Below, one piece after another: positions 40,551 to 50,330 of a stretch of DNA of 64,000 bases. Location of the stretch: the IMG/VR virus record IMGVR_UViG_3300033069_001588, positions 37,450-101,449 of that record; one strand, written 5' to 3'. The DNA is from a virus (taxonomy: Duplodnaviria; Caudoviricetes). Under the pieces are notes generated by a model. It ran no database searches. It had not been told where the DNA came from and worked only from the letters and a program-made list of their open reading frames with translations. Position numbers and translations under genes: made by a program. Within the stretch, counting starts at the first letter, position 1. Each line of letters opens with the position of its first letter.

Positions 40551-42719
40551 TTAAGTCCTCATACCTACAGGGTTAACTGCGGCTGCCTGCGCGCCGCCTT
40601 CGATTTCTCTCTTACACTTTATACAATATCCATCTATATGTACTGTCAATTCACCTAACTTCCCTGGAGGTAGAGCAGCCACGCCTACTCTTCCGTCTGG
40701 ATTGCCAGGGGCACCCGGTGCGCCTGCTCTTTGTCTATTAGCACCCATAACTCCGGTAGCTCTATTAGCAGCAGCCCCAACTACATTAGCGGAACTTTGT
40801 TGTTTATCGAGAAGTATACGACGATCCCTTTCGTTCTTAAGAGACTGTTCTTGTTTATTTTGATTGATAGTTCTATCATGTATATTGAAAGTTTTTTTGA
40901 AAGAATCTTTATATCCTGATAAACTAATATCTGATATGTGTTGTGAACTTTTATCAACTTGTTGACGCAAATAATTGCCAGGGATCATAATTCCAGAATT
41001 GGGGGCGCCGGTTAATGCTAATTTAGCTTTTTTGGTACGATCTCCACTAGAAATAGACGCTTTTTCCATTTCATTTCTAATCCTTTGTCGTTGTATAGAT
41101 TGTTCTTTAGTAGAAAACTCTCCTGCTGGACCCACGCTTGCTCCAAAAATTTGTTTCATGGTTCCAAAATTAGTAATATCAGCATGTACTTGTAAACCAT
41201 CTAACTCCGAGCGTGCTTGTCCCCAATCTGTAGCAGATAATTGTTGTAATTGTGTTCCTCTAGTCATTAACTGTTGACTAAAATCTTTTGTCAATTCTTC
41301 GCCGCCTATTCCTTCTTGTCTTTTTCGTAACCCTTCTATAATTCTATGAGCCTCTGCTTCACTTCCCTTGCCAATACCAAATGATTGTAATAATTGCGTT
41401 TGTTTTGTTAGTTGTGCCGCTGCGGATTGACTTTTCGAAGCCTCTTCAACAGTAACCATTTTGCCGCCGCCAGATAATTTCTGAATTTGCTTAATATACA
41501 TATCCATAACTTCTGCGCTTTTACCCTTTCTCATCATATCTTCAATTTTATATCCGCCCATTAAACCTCCTGGTCCACCACTTTGAGCTGATAAAAATGC
41601 TCTTTGAGCCAGGCTCATTTGAGTTATTGATTTTGTCATATCAGTTACTATTCCAATAGCTTTATCTCCACTTAATCCTGTTGCTTTGAGTCCCCCCACA
41701 TAATTATTTAATATTTGTGTGGCACTTTCAGCATTATTTCCAAATATCATAAAATCACTTGATAATCTATGCAAAGCATCTCTCACAACATTAAATGACC
41801 CACCAAACTTATTATTTAATTCTGTCATTCTAGCTACAAAATTTAATGCATCATCTCCCGTTATATTGTAATTTTGATAAGCCACCTTCAAATCACCAAT
41901 AACTTCTTCAGTCTCTCGACCAGCGCCTTTTGCTAATTTTATAGCCCCTGCTAACATACTAAAACTATTGGAAGCGCCAGCATTACCTTTTATAATAGCC
42001 TGGATTGCACCCGGAATAGTTCCAAGTTCAACATAGTATTTATGTATTGTTTCTATCGGAAGATTAGTAGCCTTTTCAACATCCGACATTATAGCCGCCT
42101 GTTGGTGTAACATAGAATCTAATCCTTCTAGTTCCTGACCAGCAGCTCTATACATTTGTCCAAGTGCACCGGTTTTTCCAGCTAATTGCACCATAACATT
42201 ACTAGCTTTTAAACCATTATCAGCAGAATCAATAAATGCTCCGCCAAGTTTACTGATCATTTCGACAGGTCCGGATATAATTTGTTTTATTTGTTCAGCC
42301 GGAACGTGCGCCGCTTTTAATAAAGCTGTTATGCCACTTTTTGCGGTCTCTGCCGCAATGCTTCCAATTGGGCTATTCTTGACAGTATTAACTAAATCAT
42401 CAAATTGAGATCTAAATGTACTTAATGATTTCAAGTCAATACCAGACAAGCTTTCAAAATGTTTTTTAACTCCAACTAATCCTGTCGTCAGTAATCCCAA
42501 TGTCTGATTATTTTCTCCTATTTTATTTTTTAAAATATTCAATATATCAGTAGTTTCTGAAATAACAGAATCAAAATTAGAAAAAGCCGTTTTAGCTAAA
42601 TTAACAGAATCAATTTGCTCATCAATTTTTTCTTTTGTTTTTTGAGCAATATCGTTATATATTTTGGCTTTATCAATATCGTTATCTGTTGGGATTGATT
42701 CAATCGGTGGCGGTGGCAT
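40551..42719 (-). CDS. Tape measure protein
   Basis: 722 aa, Ala/Gly/Lys-rich and helical; directly after the chaperone pair. Confidence 0.75.
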   Translation of the reverse strand: MPPPPIESIPTDNDIDKAKIYNDIAQKTKEKIDEQIDSVNLAKTAFSNFDSVISETTDILNILKNKIGENNQTLGLLTTGLVGVKKHFESLSGIDLKSLSTFRSQFDDLVNTVKNSPIGSIAAETAKSGITALLKAAHVPAEQIKQIISGPVEMISKLGGAFIDSADNGLKASNVMVQLAGKTGALGQMYRAAGQELEGLDSMLHQQAAIMSDVEKATNLPIETIHKYYVELGTIPGAIQAIIKGNAGASNSFSMLAGAIKLAKGAGRETEEVIGDLKVAYQNYNITGDDALNFVARMTELNNKFGGSFNVVRDALHRLSSDFMIFGNNAESATQILNNYVGGLKATGLSGDKAIGIVTDMTKSITQMSLAQRAFLSAQSGGPGGLMGGYKIEDMMRKGKSAEVMDMYIKQIQKLSGGGKMVTVEEASKSQSAAAQLTKQTQLLQSFGIGKGSEAEAHRIIEGLRKRQEGIGGEELTKDFSQQLMTRGTQLQQLSATDWGQARSELDGLQVHADITNFGTMKQIFGASVGPAGEFSTKEQSIQRQRIRNEMEKASISSGDRTKKAKLALTGAPNSGIMIPGNYLRQQVDKSSQHISDISLSGYKDSFKKTFNIHDRTINQNKQEQSLKNERDRRILLDKQQSSANVVGAAANRATGVMGANRQRAGAPGAPGNPDGRVGVAALPPGKLGELTVHIDGYCIKCKREIEGGAQAAAVNPVGMRT

Positions 42720-42722
42720 TTA

Positions 42723-43085
42723 TTATCCTTGTTTCACAGGACGACGCTTCTTTCTCTTTACCTGCTTGGTGTTCTTTTGTTGTTCTAGTTGTTCGTTGAT
42801 TTCTTTGACCATTCTAGTAGATTCTTCGAACTCTTCATCAGTAGAGGCGTGTATATTACCTTCACCTATTAATTGCTTAACAGCTTCTGGGTTCCAGAAT
42901 GATGCTAATAAGTATGCGTGATTTTTAGCTAGTTCAGCATTTTCATTCTGATCTGCTAACCAGTTTTCATACATCCATATTTTTTGAATCGGATCCATGT
43001 CTACTATTCTAGGATCATCGGGAGTAGTCTTAAAAATCTCTTTACACAAAAACCATGCAAAGCGATGATCCGATTCGTGTATTAT
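42723..43085 (-). CDS. Tail assembly chaperone C-terminal extension (lambda T-like), reached by -1 frameshift
   Basis: Open -1 frame from 43085 (IIHESDHRFAWFLCKEIFK...) in frame with the TTG-started 108-aa ORF, which has no clear RBS. Confidence 0.8.
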   Translation of the reverse strand: MIHESDHRFAWFLCKEIFKTTPDDPRIVDMDPIQKIWMYENWLADQNENAELAKNHAYLLASFWNPEAVKQLIGEGNIHASTDEEFEESTRMVKEINEQLEQQKNTKQVKRKKRRPVKQG

Positions 43086-43750
43086 TTTTTTAAGTCTTCA
43101 ATTATCTCCTTTGCTTCCATTTCATTTTTTATGGAATATCTGTTCTTAGCGATGTCTGCCATCTTCAAATATTCATCATACAATCTATTAAGCAAAGGTT
43201 CGGGCAATTCGTCAATAAATGATAGTTTAACTTCTAGATCTTCTGATCCAACAAATTGGGAGAAACTGACGCCAGCAATTTCTACTAGAGAACGAGCTAA
43301 AAATTGTCTTCTGACTTCAAAAGGAGATTGAACTGTTCCATCATATTCTGATGCTGCCATGATAGCTTCACTCATTGATTTGCCGGAAAGAGTTTGTAAA
43401 ACAAAAACATTTCCATCAATTTTCACATCATGAGTAGTGCGCGTCATATTAAGAAGCATTTCAAGTCTTCTCTTGGCACCATCATTTAATTTTTCTTTTC
43501 CAGAAATCTTAGCTTTTCTAGCTTCTCTGAATTCTCTTTCTAATTCGGCAGGATCTTGTTCCGCTTCTTGAATTCTATTTTGAAAGCTTTGAATAGCAGA
43601 TTCATCTAGTGGAGGTAAAGATGCCCTTCTTCTAACCACTGGATTGACTATATTCTCGGGCGACATCCCACTTTCATCTGGAATATCAATTTCTCTCATT
43701 CCAGGACCACCAAACTTTTTGTTTCCTAAAGGACTCTCAAAACCAGGCAT
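43082..43750 (-). CDS. Tail assembly chaperone (lambda G-like)
   Basis: Between tube and tape measure; acidic; ends GAC TTA AAA AAA TAA. Confidence 0.8.
   Translation of the reverse strand: MPGFESPLGNKKFGGPGMREIDIPDESGMSPENIVNPVVRRRASLPPLDESAIQSFQNRIQEAEQDPAELEREFREARKAKISGKEKLNDGAKRRLEMLLNMTRTTHDVKIDGNVFVLQTLSGKSMSEAIMAASEYDGTVQSPFEVRRQFLARSLVEIAGVSFSQFVGSEDLEVKLSFIDELPEPLLNRLYDEYLKMADIAKNRYSIKNEMEAKEIIEDLKK
43085..43110 (-). promoter_or_regulatory. Programmed -1 frameshift signal: A-AAA-AAA heptamer plus upstream internal SD
   Basis: Seven As at 43091-43085 just before the stop; AGGAG at 43110-43106, 14 nt upstream. Confidence 0.78.
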
Positions 43751-43754
43751 TGTT

Positions 43755-44849
43755 TTATTTCTCCGTTTTTATATCTGTCTCCCATTTAATTATAACATTG
43801 TATCCCGCAGATTTAAGTGTATTTTCTCTCTTAATAGTTTTATCATATAAGTATCCGAAAGTTTTATTTACTACACTATTAACATCATTTAAATTATAAA
43901 CACTAGGGTTGCCATGCCAAAAATCACCATTAAATTCGTAGATGGTATTACTACGTGGATCATATCCATCTACTATAAATTTTTTATTGTCTATTTTTAT
44001 ACAATATTGTCTATTTTCAATATTAAGTGAATCTAGCCATAAAGTTTCTAATCTGGAAACTTTATTCTCTATACATTTTTGACAACCTTCTCCTCTTAAA
44101 TGAGAATTCGCTCTTTTGATAAAAAGCCCATGTTTTTTGCATAAAATGTTTATTTTTTTATCACCTTTAATATACCTTGTTAAGCTATAATCATATTCAT
44201 CATGGTGAATTTTATTTGCTTTTTTAATAAACTCTTCTTGAGTCATACTTATTTTAATATCATGAGAAATTTTACCACACCTAGGACATCCACTTCCTCT
44301 CAAATGGGTACCTATGGTTTGTTTAAATAAACCATGTAAATCACACGTTATTTTTATATTACTCTTACAATTGTTTACCATACCATGATCATAAGTATAC
44401 TTATTATTATGAATTTTATTTGCTTTTTCTACGAACTCTTTGTAAGATAATTTTTGGTCTTGTATCTTACATTTAGGACATCCTGCACCACGTAAATGAT
44501 TACTGGGAGTTTGTGACCATTCTCCATGTTCAGGGCAAATTATTTTCAATTTAATGTTACTAGCAATATATTTTGATAAAGAATAATCATATTTATTTTT
44601 ATGTTTAATGCGAGCTTTTTCCACGAAAAACTTATCTGTTAATCGACATCGTTTAGAAGAAATTATTCCACATTTACAACAGCCGCAGCCGTTCAAATGG
44701 TTATTTGGCTGCTGTATAAATTTCCCATGTATTTTACACAAAATTATTATTTTAGTATGACTATTTACATAATTTACTAACGTATAATCATATCTATCTC
44801 CGTGTACGGCGCGTGCCTTATTAATAAATTCTTCATGCAATTTTAACAT
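43755..44849 (-). CDS. PD-(D/E)XK (EDxHD/Vsr-like) endonuclease with four DUF723-like zinc-binding repeats
   Basis: 4 x F..KA...H...Y.Y...I.C..HG......HL.G.GC..C; C-terminal VDGYD...YEFNGDFWHG; GAGG RBS before ATG 44849. Confidence 0.82.
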   Translation of the reverse strand: MLKLHEEFINKARAVHGDRYDYTLVNYVNSHTKIIILCKIHGKFIQQPNNHLNGCGCCKCGIISSKRCRLTDKFFVEKARIKHKNKYDYSLSKYIASNIKLKIICPEHGEWSQTPSNHLRGAGCPKCKIQDQKLSYKEFVEKANKIHNNKYTYDHGMVNNCKSNIKITCDLHGLFKQTIGTHLRGSGCPRCGKISHDIKISMTQEEFIKKANKIHHDEYDYSLTRYIKGDKKINILCKKHGLFIKRANSHLRGEGCQKCIENKVSRLETLWLDSLNIENRQYCIKIDNKKFIVDGYDPRSNTIYEFNGDFWHGNPSVYNLNDVNSVVNKTFGYLYDKTIKRENTLKSAGYNVIIKWETDIKTEK

Positions 44850-44866
44850 TTTATACCTCTTCACGA

Positions 44867-44894
44867 AGAATAATCATTACTTTTATCGTGTCAA
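44867..44894 (-). promoter_or_regulatory. sigma70-like promoter for the endonuclease
   Basis: TTGACA (44894-44889), 16 nt, TATTCT (44872-44867), with an A-tract upstream. Confidence 0.5.
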
Positions 44895-44961
44895 TTTTTA
44901 TTAAAATATATAGCAATTTTATGATATAGGATTAGCCGGGAATGTTTTCTAAAGGAATAAA

Positions 44962-45879
44962 ATGTACTACGTATATAAAATAACAAACAAGATGAGCGGA
45001 AAAATATATATTGGACAAACAAATGATTTAAAATCAAGATGGCTAAAGCACTGTTCTGTTTCTAGAAATTCTAATTATAATCATCCATTATACAATTCTA
45101 TCAGAAAATATGGGATTGAACATTTTACATATGAAATAATTGATCAATTTGAAAATTTGGATGATTGCAATAAATCAGAGGAATTATGGATACAAAAATT
45201 AAACACGCAAGATAAAAACATTGGATACAATATTGCTTTTGGTGGAGATAACAGGACCATATCAAAAGAAACCAAAGATAAATTATCAGAAATTAATACC
45301 GGTGAAGGTAATCCATTTTACGGAAAAACACACTCTGAAGAAACAAAGCAAAAATTATCAGAATTAAAAATTGGTACAATGGCTTCTGACCAAACTAAAC
45401 AAAAAATGTCAAAGTCTAGATGTGGAGAAAATAATCCTATGTACGGAAAAAATCATACAGAAGAGTCTCTTAATAAAATGTCTCAAGCTAAAATTGGAAA
45501 ATATGATGGAGAGAATAACCCATTTTATGAAAAAACTCATTCTAATGAAACTAGATTAAAATTATCAAGAATTAATACTGGTAAAATTATACCACAAGAA
45601 ATCAGAGATAAAATATCTCAATCACTTATTGGTAAAATGAACGGAGAAAATAACCCCATGTATGGAAAAATCGGAGAAGAGAATCCCATGTTTGGAATAC
45701 CCCGCTCCGATGAAACCAAGAAGAAAATATCAGATAGTAAAAAAGGTAAAAAGATGTCCGAAGAAACTCGTAAAAAAATGTCTGAATCTAAAAAAGGTAA
45801 ACCATCTAATAGGTGGAAAAACAGATCAAAACAAGGCGCCACTGCTGCCGATATCGATCAAACCTGCGGCATCGAGTGA
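44962..45879 (+). CDS. GIY-YIG homing endonuclease with multiple NUMOD3-type repeats, antisense to the tail operon
   Basis: YYVYKITNKMSGKIYIGQT; GYNIAFGG; repeated GENNPMYGK-H-EE motifs. Confidence 0.9.
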   Translation: MYYVYKITNKMSGKIYIGQTNDLKSRWLKHCSVSRNSNYNHPLYNSIRKYGIEHFTYEIIDQFENLDDCNKSEELWIQKLNTQDKNIGYNIAFGGDNRTISKETKDKLSEINTGEGNPFYGKTHSEETKQKLSELKIGTMASDQTKQKMSKSRCGENNPMYGKNHTEESLNKMSQAKIGKYDGENNPFYEKTHSNETRLKLSRINTGKIIPQEIRDKISQSLIGKMNGENNPMYGKIGEENPMFGIPRSDETKKKISDSKKGKKMSEETRKKMSESKKGKPSNRWKNRSKQGATAADIDQTCGIE

Positions 45880-46524
45880 TCCTCTTCTACCATTAGAACC
45901 AGTATCAACCAATTGTTCGATATTAACAATACCATCTCCGCTGGTGATGTTAAGAACTCCGTTTGGACCTGCGCCCATGTGTAGAATTCCTCTTTCTCCA
46001 CCAACTGCGGCTGGTACGCCTCCTGGAATTGGAGAAGATCCACCGTTAAGTATGCTAAAGATATTTTCAGCTTCCCACTGCATAGAATCAGTGATAATCC
46101 AATCATTAGCTTGGTAAGTGTAATCTAGACCAGAAATCCAAACATTCTTAATAACAGTAGATATCTGACTACCTTGATCTCTCTTCTGCTTATCCAAGAT
46201 AACAATATCAAATGGATAAACTTGTGAAGCGGCATGCAAGAAGCCTCTACTAAATGCTTCGGTAATCCTTAATCTATCAAATCTAATTCTCTGGCAAGTT
46301 CCAGTGATGTTGGTAGAAGCAGTTGGTACTGAATCAATATGACCGTCAGTTCCAACTTCATCAATCATTCTAAGCTGTCTCTTCTCAGAGATAGCCATAG
46401 ATTGAATTGCTCCAACAGCAGTGTTGTTGACCAAAATGATTATATTTGTTGATAAGGCTGTACTGGTCTTGTTAACACCATTTGGTAGTGTTAGCGTAGA
46501 GCTAGTATTTGGTGCTGTAGCCAT
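45826..46524 (-). CDS. Tail tube protein
   Basis: Directly after sheath; VGAIQSM...EVGTDG...RIRFD...PFDIVI...IKNVWI; GGAG RBS. Confidence 0.82.
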   Translation of the reverse strand: MATAPNTSSTLTLPNGVNKTSTALSTNIIILVNNTAVGAIQSMAISEKRQLRMIDEVGTDGHIDSVPTASTNITGTCQRIRFDRLRITEAFSRGFLHAASQVYPFDIVILDKQKRDQGSQISTVIKNVWISGLDYTYQANDWIITDSMQWEAENIFSILNGGSSPIPGGVPAAVGGERGILHMGAGPNGVLNITSGDGIVNIEQLVDTGSNGRRGSLDAAGLIDIGSSGALF

Positions 46525-46538
46525 TTATATCTCCCTAA

Positions 46539-49301
46539 TTATATTTGTCCTACACTTACCTTAATGTAAATGAAGTTGACTGGATAGCTTGGTTGTACTC
46601 TTACAGAAATATTCCATTGTGTTGGATCTACATCATCTTGTACTACGTTTAGATCGGCGTAGTTAGTGATTAATCCTTGAGATACCAAAGAGTTTAACAA
46701 GATAACTGCGCGAGTATTTAATATTGCTCCAGTGTTTTTATCTTGTGGCAAACCAATGTAACCAGCGAAGCCAGCTCTTAACGTCTTAGCAACTCTATCT
46801 CTAATGAAAACAATAGAAATTTCTTGTTCCTCAACGAATCCACTTTGAGATGTAGTTAGTCCCCAAATGACTCTACCTCCACCTGCAACTGGCTGCAAAG
46901 TGCAAACACCAGCAGCCGCCAATTGTTCAAGTGTGGCTGTAGAAAGTGTTTTGTTTCTTAGGATTGTAAATCCAGATAATACTTTGTTTGTTAGTGGATT
47001 TTCAATTCTTACATCTGCTGATTCATATCCAGCAGCAGCGGCGGCAAGATAGAATCCATCAATCAAGACATTATCTGAACTTGCTTGTACCACAATCTGA
47101 TCAGGATAAAAATATACACATCTATAAGTATTACCAAATGCATTTGATACCGAATAATTTGCAAGATCTTCTATGTTTCCAGCCAGAACATCGGTAACAG
47201 TCTCTCCTTGAATTCCTTCTAGAACACCAATATCTTCTACGGCGGCTGGCTTGGCTCCGGTCAAATTCTCAGGTAACAATCCATTGATTGCTCCAATAAA
47301 TAATACTCTTTCTTTCTTATTACGAATATTACTCATAGACTTACAATGTGCGAGTGCATTTTGGAAAATAACAGAGATTGTTTGTTTTGGTAATGGTACT
47401 AAAATATCACATTCTACTACCTCTAAAGAAGCTAACGCATTAATCCATCCAGCATCGTAAAAAGATGCTTCCTTGGCATCAACTAATGTAACTCTCAATC
47501 CAAATCCAATTGGCACTACATTATGATTAATAACTACATAATTGCTAACATTACTTGAATCTAATACTTCATATCTCATACCAGTTTCATTAACAAGCGC
47601 CTTGCTAATTGTAATAGTATTGGTAAGACTATCGTATCCAATAATATCGTATAAACCATTATTATCGTCCGATCCATTAATTTGTAATCTGCGGGTAAGT
47701 AGATTAGTAATTGTACTAAAATCTACATCTGAAGAGTTTAAAGTTGCCGTCGCACTATCAACTAATGCAACCAAAGTACCATCAACACCTGAGGCGCCAC
47801 TAATTGGTAGTCCAGTAGAAACATCAATAACTTGGAAAGTTGCCGAAGATTCTGTAACAAAATCTGAGAAAGCCGCACGAGTTACATACAATTGACCGCC
47901 ACTAACCGCATCAATAGTGTAAGAGCCAATATTAGATACGTTAACGGCATCAATAATTTTTAAAGTTTTTCCAACATGAGAAGAATCGAATACAATAGAT
48001 GCATTAAATACGCCTTTGTCACTGAAAGCAGGATTTCTACCAACATAACCATCTTCCCCGGTTGCCATAACTGCTAAGCTTTGTACAACAGTATAGAAAT
48101 ATGAGAATCCGCCGGGCGCAGAAGTATCATCAAAGACGAACTGATTGGTAGTTGGATTGCCCGAAGTATCCAAGGTATAGAAGTCCAATTTATTAGGAAG
48201 AATCTGAGTTTCTACATTAGTAGAATTATTCTTAATAAAAAAATGGATATTAGAGTTAAAATCTGGAGTTATACCCAATGGTAGTGGGAAGATAAAATCA
48301 TCTTCATTTAGCGAAGCAGAATTTACAGCAGCCTCTAAAACGTAAGATTTTCTTCTTGGCATTGGCGGTGCGGCTTGAACTGTGATTAGGGCTGGCGCAT
48401 TGTTAGCATAAGCTAATTGAGCACCCAAAGCTAAATTGTTAGTCAAACTTGGGAATCCATGTCTAACAACTACATCTCCCATACCTTGAGTTAAAATAGG
48501 ATCATTCAAGAAAAGAGATGGAATATAGTTAGCAGTTAAAGAATCACTTCTAACTAATACTCCACTGTTAATTTTAACAATGAAAGCATCACCTTCTCTA
48601 AATGGAGAAGTAACTACAGACATAACTTGAGTTTCTGCAATAGAGAATCTCAAAATACCATTGCTTACAACTTGATCGTTGGCGACCCAAATAATTGGAT
48701 TACCATTTGCATCTAGTTTAGAACCAGAGATAGATCCAATGGCTAAAAACTTAGCAGTTCCAGCAACTGGTTGATTTAAAACATTTCTTTGAACAGACAC
48801 GCATCTAATAGTCCAGGTCTCTGGCGGAGCGTTAACGTCAACCAAAGTTAAATTACTAACTGTTCCTAAACCAACGTTAGTAGATAATGGAACATAGAAT
48901 GCACCGCCTTGGTCCACAAGATGTGCTTTTTGTAATTCAATTTTGCCAGAAGAAATATCAATTCTGTAATCATAACTATTACTAAATGAATTTGAATCAA
49001 TAAGTGACTCCAAACCAACTAATGAAACACCATTCTTAAATAATGTTGTTCTATTAGAGATTAATGGAAAGTTTGATAATTGGAAATGTCTACCGTCAGC
49101 GCCTGATATAGATGAGTAGGAAGAATTCAAACCGTCACTACCACCACCATTTGCTTGTGATACTAACGTTTCATCAGTTGAACCTTCACCTATTATAGCA
49201 GCAACACGTGACCCTCCAGGAATTGACGCCCCACGTGATGCAGTAATTACGTCAGTTGTTACGCCTGGTATTAAACCGGCTCCTCCAGGTTGATTTGCCA
49301 T
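46539..49301 (-). CDS. Contractile tail sheath protein with inserted domains
   Basis: N-terminal IPGVTT; ALAHCKSMS, LTNKVLSGF, LAAAGVCTL, EISIVFIRDRV, VQPSYPVNFIYI; AGAGGAG RBS. Confidence 0.9.
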   Translation of the reverse strand: MANQPGGAGLIPGVTTDVITASRGASIPGGSRVAAIIGEGSTDETLVSQANGGGSDGLNSSYSSISGADGRHFQLSNFPLISNRTTLFKNGVSLVGLESLIDSNSFSNSYDYRIDISSGKIELQKAHLVDQGGAFYVPLSTNVGLGTVSNLTLVDVNAPPETWTIRCVSVQRNVLNQPVAGTAKFLAIGSISGSKLDANGNPIIWVANDQVVSNGILRFSIAETQVMSVVTSPFREGDAFIVKINSGVLVRSDSLTANYIPSLFLNDPILTQGMGDVVVRHGFPSLTNNLALGAQLAYANNAPALITVQAAPPMPRRKSYVLEAAVNSASLNEDDFIFPLPLGITPDFNSNIHFFIKNNSTNVETQILPNKLDFYTLDTSGNPTTNQFVFDDTSAPGGFSYFYTVVQSLAVMATGEDGYVGRNPAFSDKGVFNASIVFDSSHVGKTLKIIDAVNVSNIGSYTIDAVSGGQLYVTRAAFSDFVTESSATFQVIDVSTGLPISGASGVDGTLVALVDSATATLNSSDVDFSTITNLLTRRLQINGSDDNNGLYDIIGYDSLTNTITISKALVNETGMRYEVLDSSNVSNYVVINHNVVPIGFGLRVTLVDAKEASFYDAGWINALASLEVVECDILVPLPKQTISVIFQNALAHCKSMSNIRNKKERVLFIGAINGLLPENLTGAKPAAVEDIGVLEGIQGETVTDVLAGNIEDLANYSVSNAFGNTYRCVYFYPDQIVVQASSDNVLIDGFYLAAAAAGYESADVRIENPLTNKVLSGFTILRNKTLSTATLEQLAAAGVCTLQPVAGGGRVIWGLTTSQSGFVEEQEISIVFIRDRVAKTLRAGFAGYIGLPQDKNTGAILNTRAVILLNSLVSQGLITNYADLNVVQDDVDPTQWNISVRVQPSYPVNFIYIKVSVGQI

Positions 49302-49465
49302 TATTTTTCTCCTCTAAAGATTTTCTCTATTGCTTTCGCAGAGCGATCCAACATAATTGAAGTCCTTTTACACTTTTATAGATTGTATCATTAAAATGTA
49401 TTAATATTCCTATCAGGATGGATATATTAGTGAGTTTTGTCTATTTATCAAGGTATTTAAACATC

Positions 49466-49488
49466 ATGATTTGTGTCACGCAAATCAT
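49466..49488. terminator. Inverted repeat after the tail-terminator gene (possible terminator or operator)
   Basis: ATGATTTG-N7-CAAATCAT 5 nt downstream of the stop codon; no clean U-tract. Confidence 0.35.
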
Positions 49489-49493
49489 TTAAT

Positions 49494-50321
49494 TTATAAT
49501 TCTAATAGTAAATCCGTGATGCTAGTTGAGGTATTGATAGTTAAATTAGCAGCTGGAGGGCTATCAGATTTTGATAAATTAGCAAAATTCATGGTAAATA
49601 AAATGGTATCAACCACACTGTCAACTGGTATTTCTCTACGCCATTCCGTTCTTATATCTAATGTTAAAGTTTGCCTAAATAACTTATCATTTCTATCATC
49701 TGTTTCAGATGGTGCGCCAATATTAATTGGTTTAACTATAACACCAACATCAACTAAAGTATCAAAATTAATTTCAGTAAAACACATTGCTATTAATTCA
49801 GACAGATCATCTCTTGATCTTAAACTTCTAGTCATAACATCAATTATAATTGATCCTTCCCAAGCCCCAGCTGTAATAAAAAATTTAGGTTTGCTGATTA
49901 TTTTTTGATTTCCATATCCATCTTCAAATATCATATTTTCATATTGAACACCGCTTTGATCTCTATTAATAGAGATTGGAACATATCTACTACCGCCACT
50001 TTTCACCAAAATGGCGGGATAGTAAATACCATCATATCTATAGTTTTCTCCAATAAATACGCGGGTGTTTAAATTGATAGTATTACTTAAAAATGGTTGC
50101 GCCCCTGAGCCAGATGGCAAATCTGCCCCAGGAGGAAGATCAGTATGATCAGTTGTGTTAGCAAAACCCCATTGATCTTTGGAATAATGGTAATAACTAT
50201 CTTTAGAAAAGAAATCTTTTAAAGTGGAAATAATAATCTCTTTTGGGTATACAAGCATGGAGGCTTGTATAATATTGTGAAGTGGAAACAAATCACTTTT
50301 GAAAAAATTTCCTGAACTCAT
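49494..50321 (-). CDS. Tail completion / terminator protein
   Basis: Directly upstream of sheath; YPAILVK, IIIDVMTRSLRSRDDLSELI, LTLDIRTEW. Confidence 0.6.
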   Translation of the reverse strand: MSSGNFFKSDLFPLHNIIQASMLVYPKEIIISTLKDFFSKDSYYHYSKDQWGFANTTDHTDLPPGADLPSGSGAQPFLSNTINLNTRVFIGENYRYDGIYYPAILVKSGGSRYVPISINRDQSGVQYENMIFEDGYGNQKIISKPKFFITAGAWEGSIIIDVMTRSLRSRDDLSELIAMCFTEINFDTLVDVGVIVKPINIGAPSETDDRNDKLFRQTLTLDIRTEWRREIPVDSVVDTILFTMNFANLSKSDSPPAANLTINTSTSITDLLLEL

Positions 50322-50330
50322 GAAATTCCT

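Noticed and set aside
45300-45800. Repeated DNA resembling a CRISPR or tandem array
   Set aside because: Degenerate in-frame NUMOD3-type protein repeats with no constant repeat-spacer pattern
11383-50321. Bacterial eCIS, tailocin or T6SS locus
   Set aside because: Single sheath and tube, a chaperone frameshift, neck protein, UvsW helicase and many homing endonucleases, with no Afp15-type ATPase or host housekeeping genes, fit a phage
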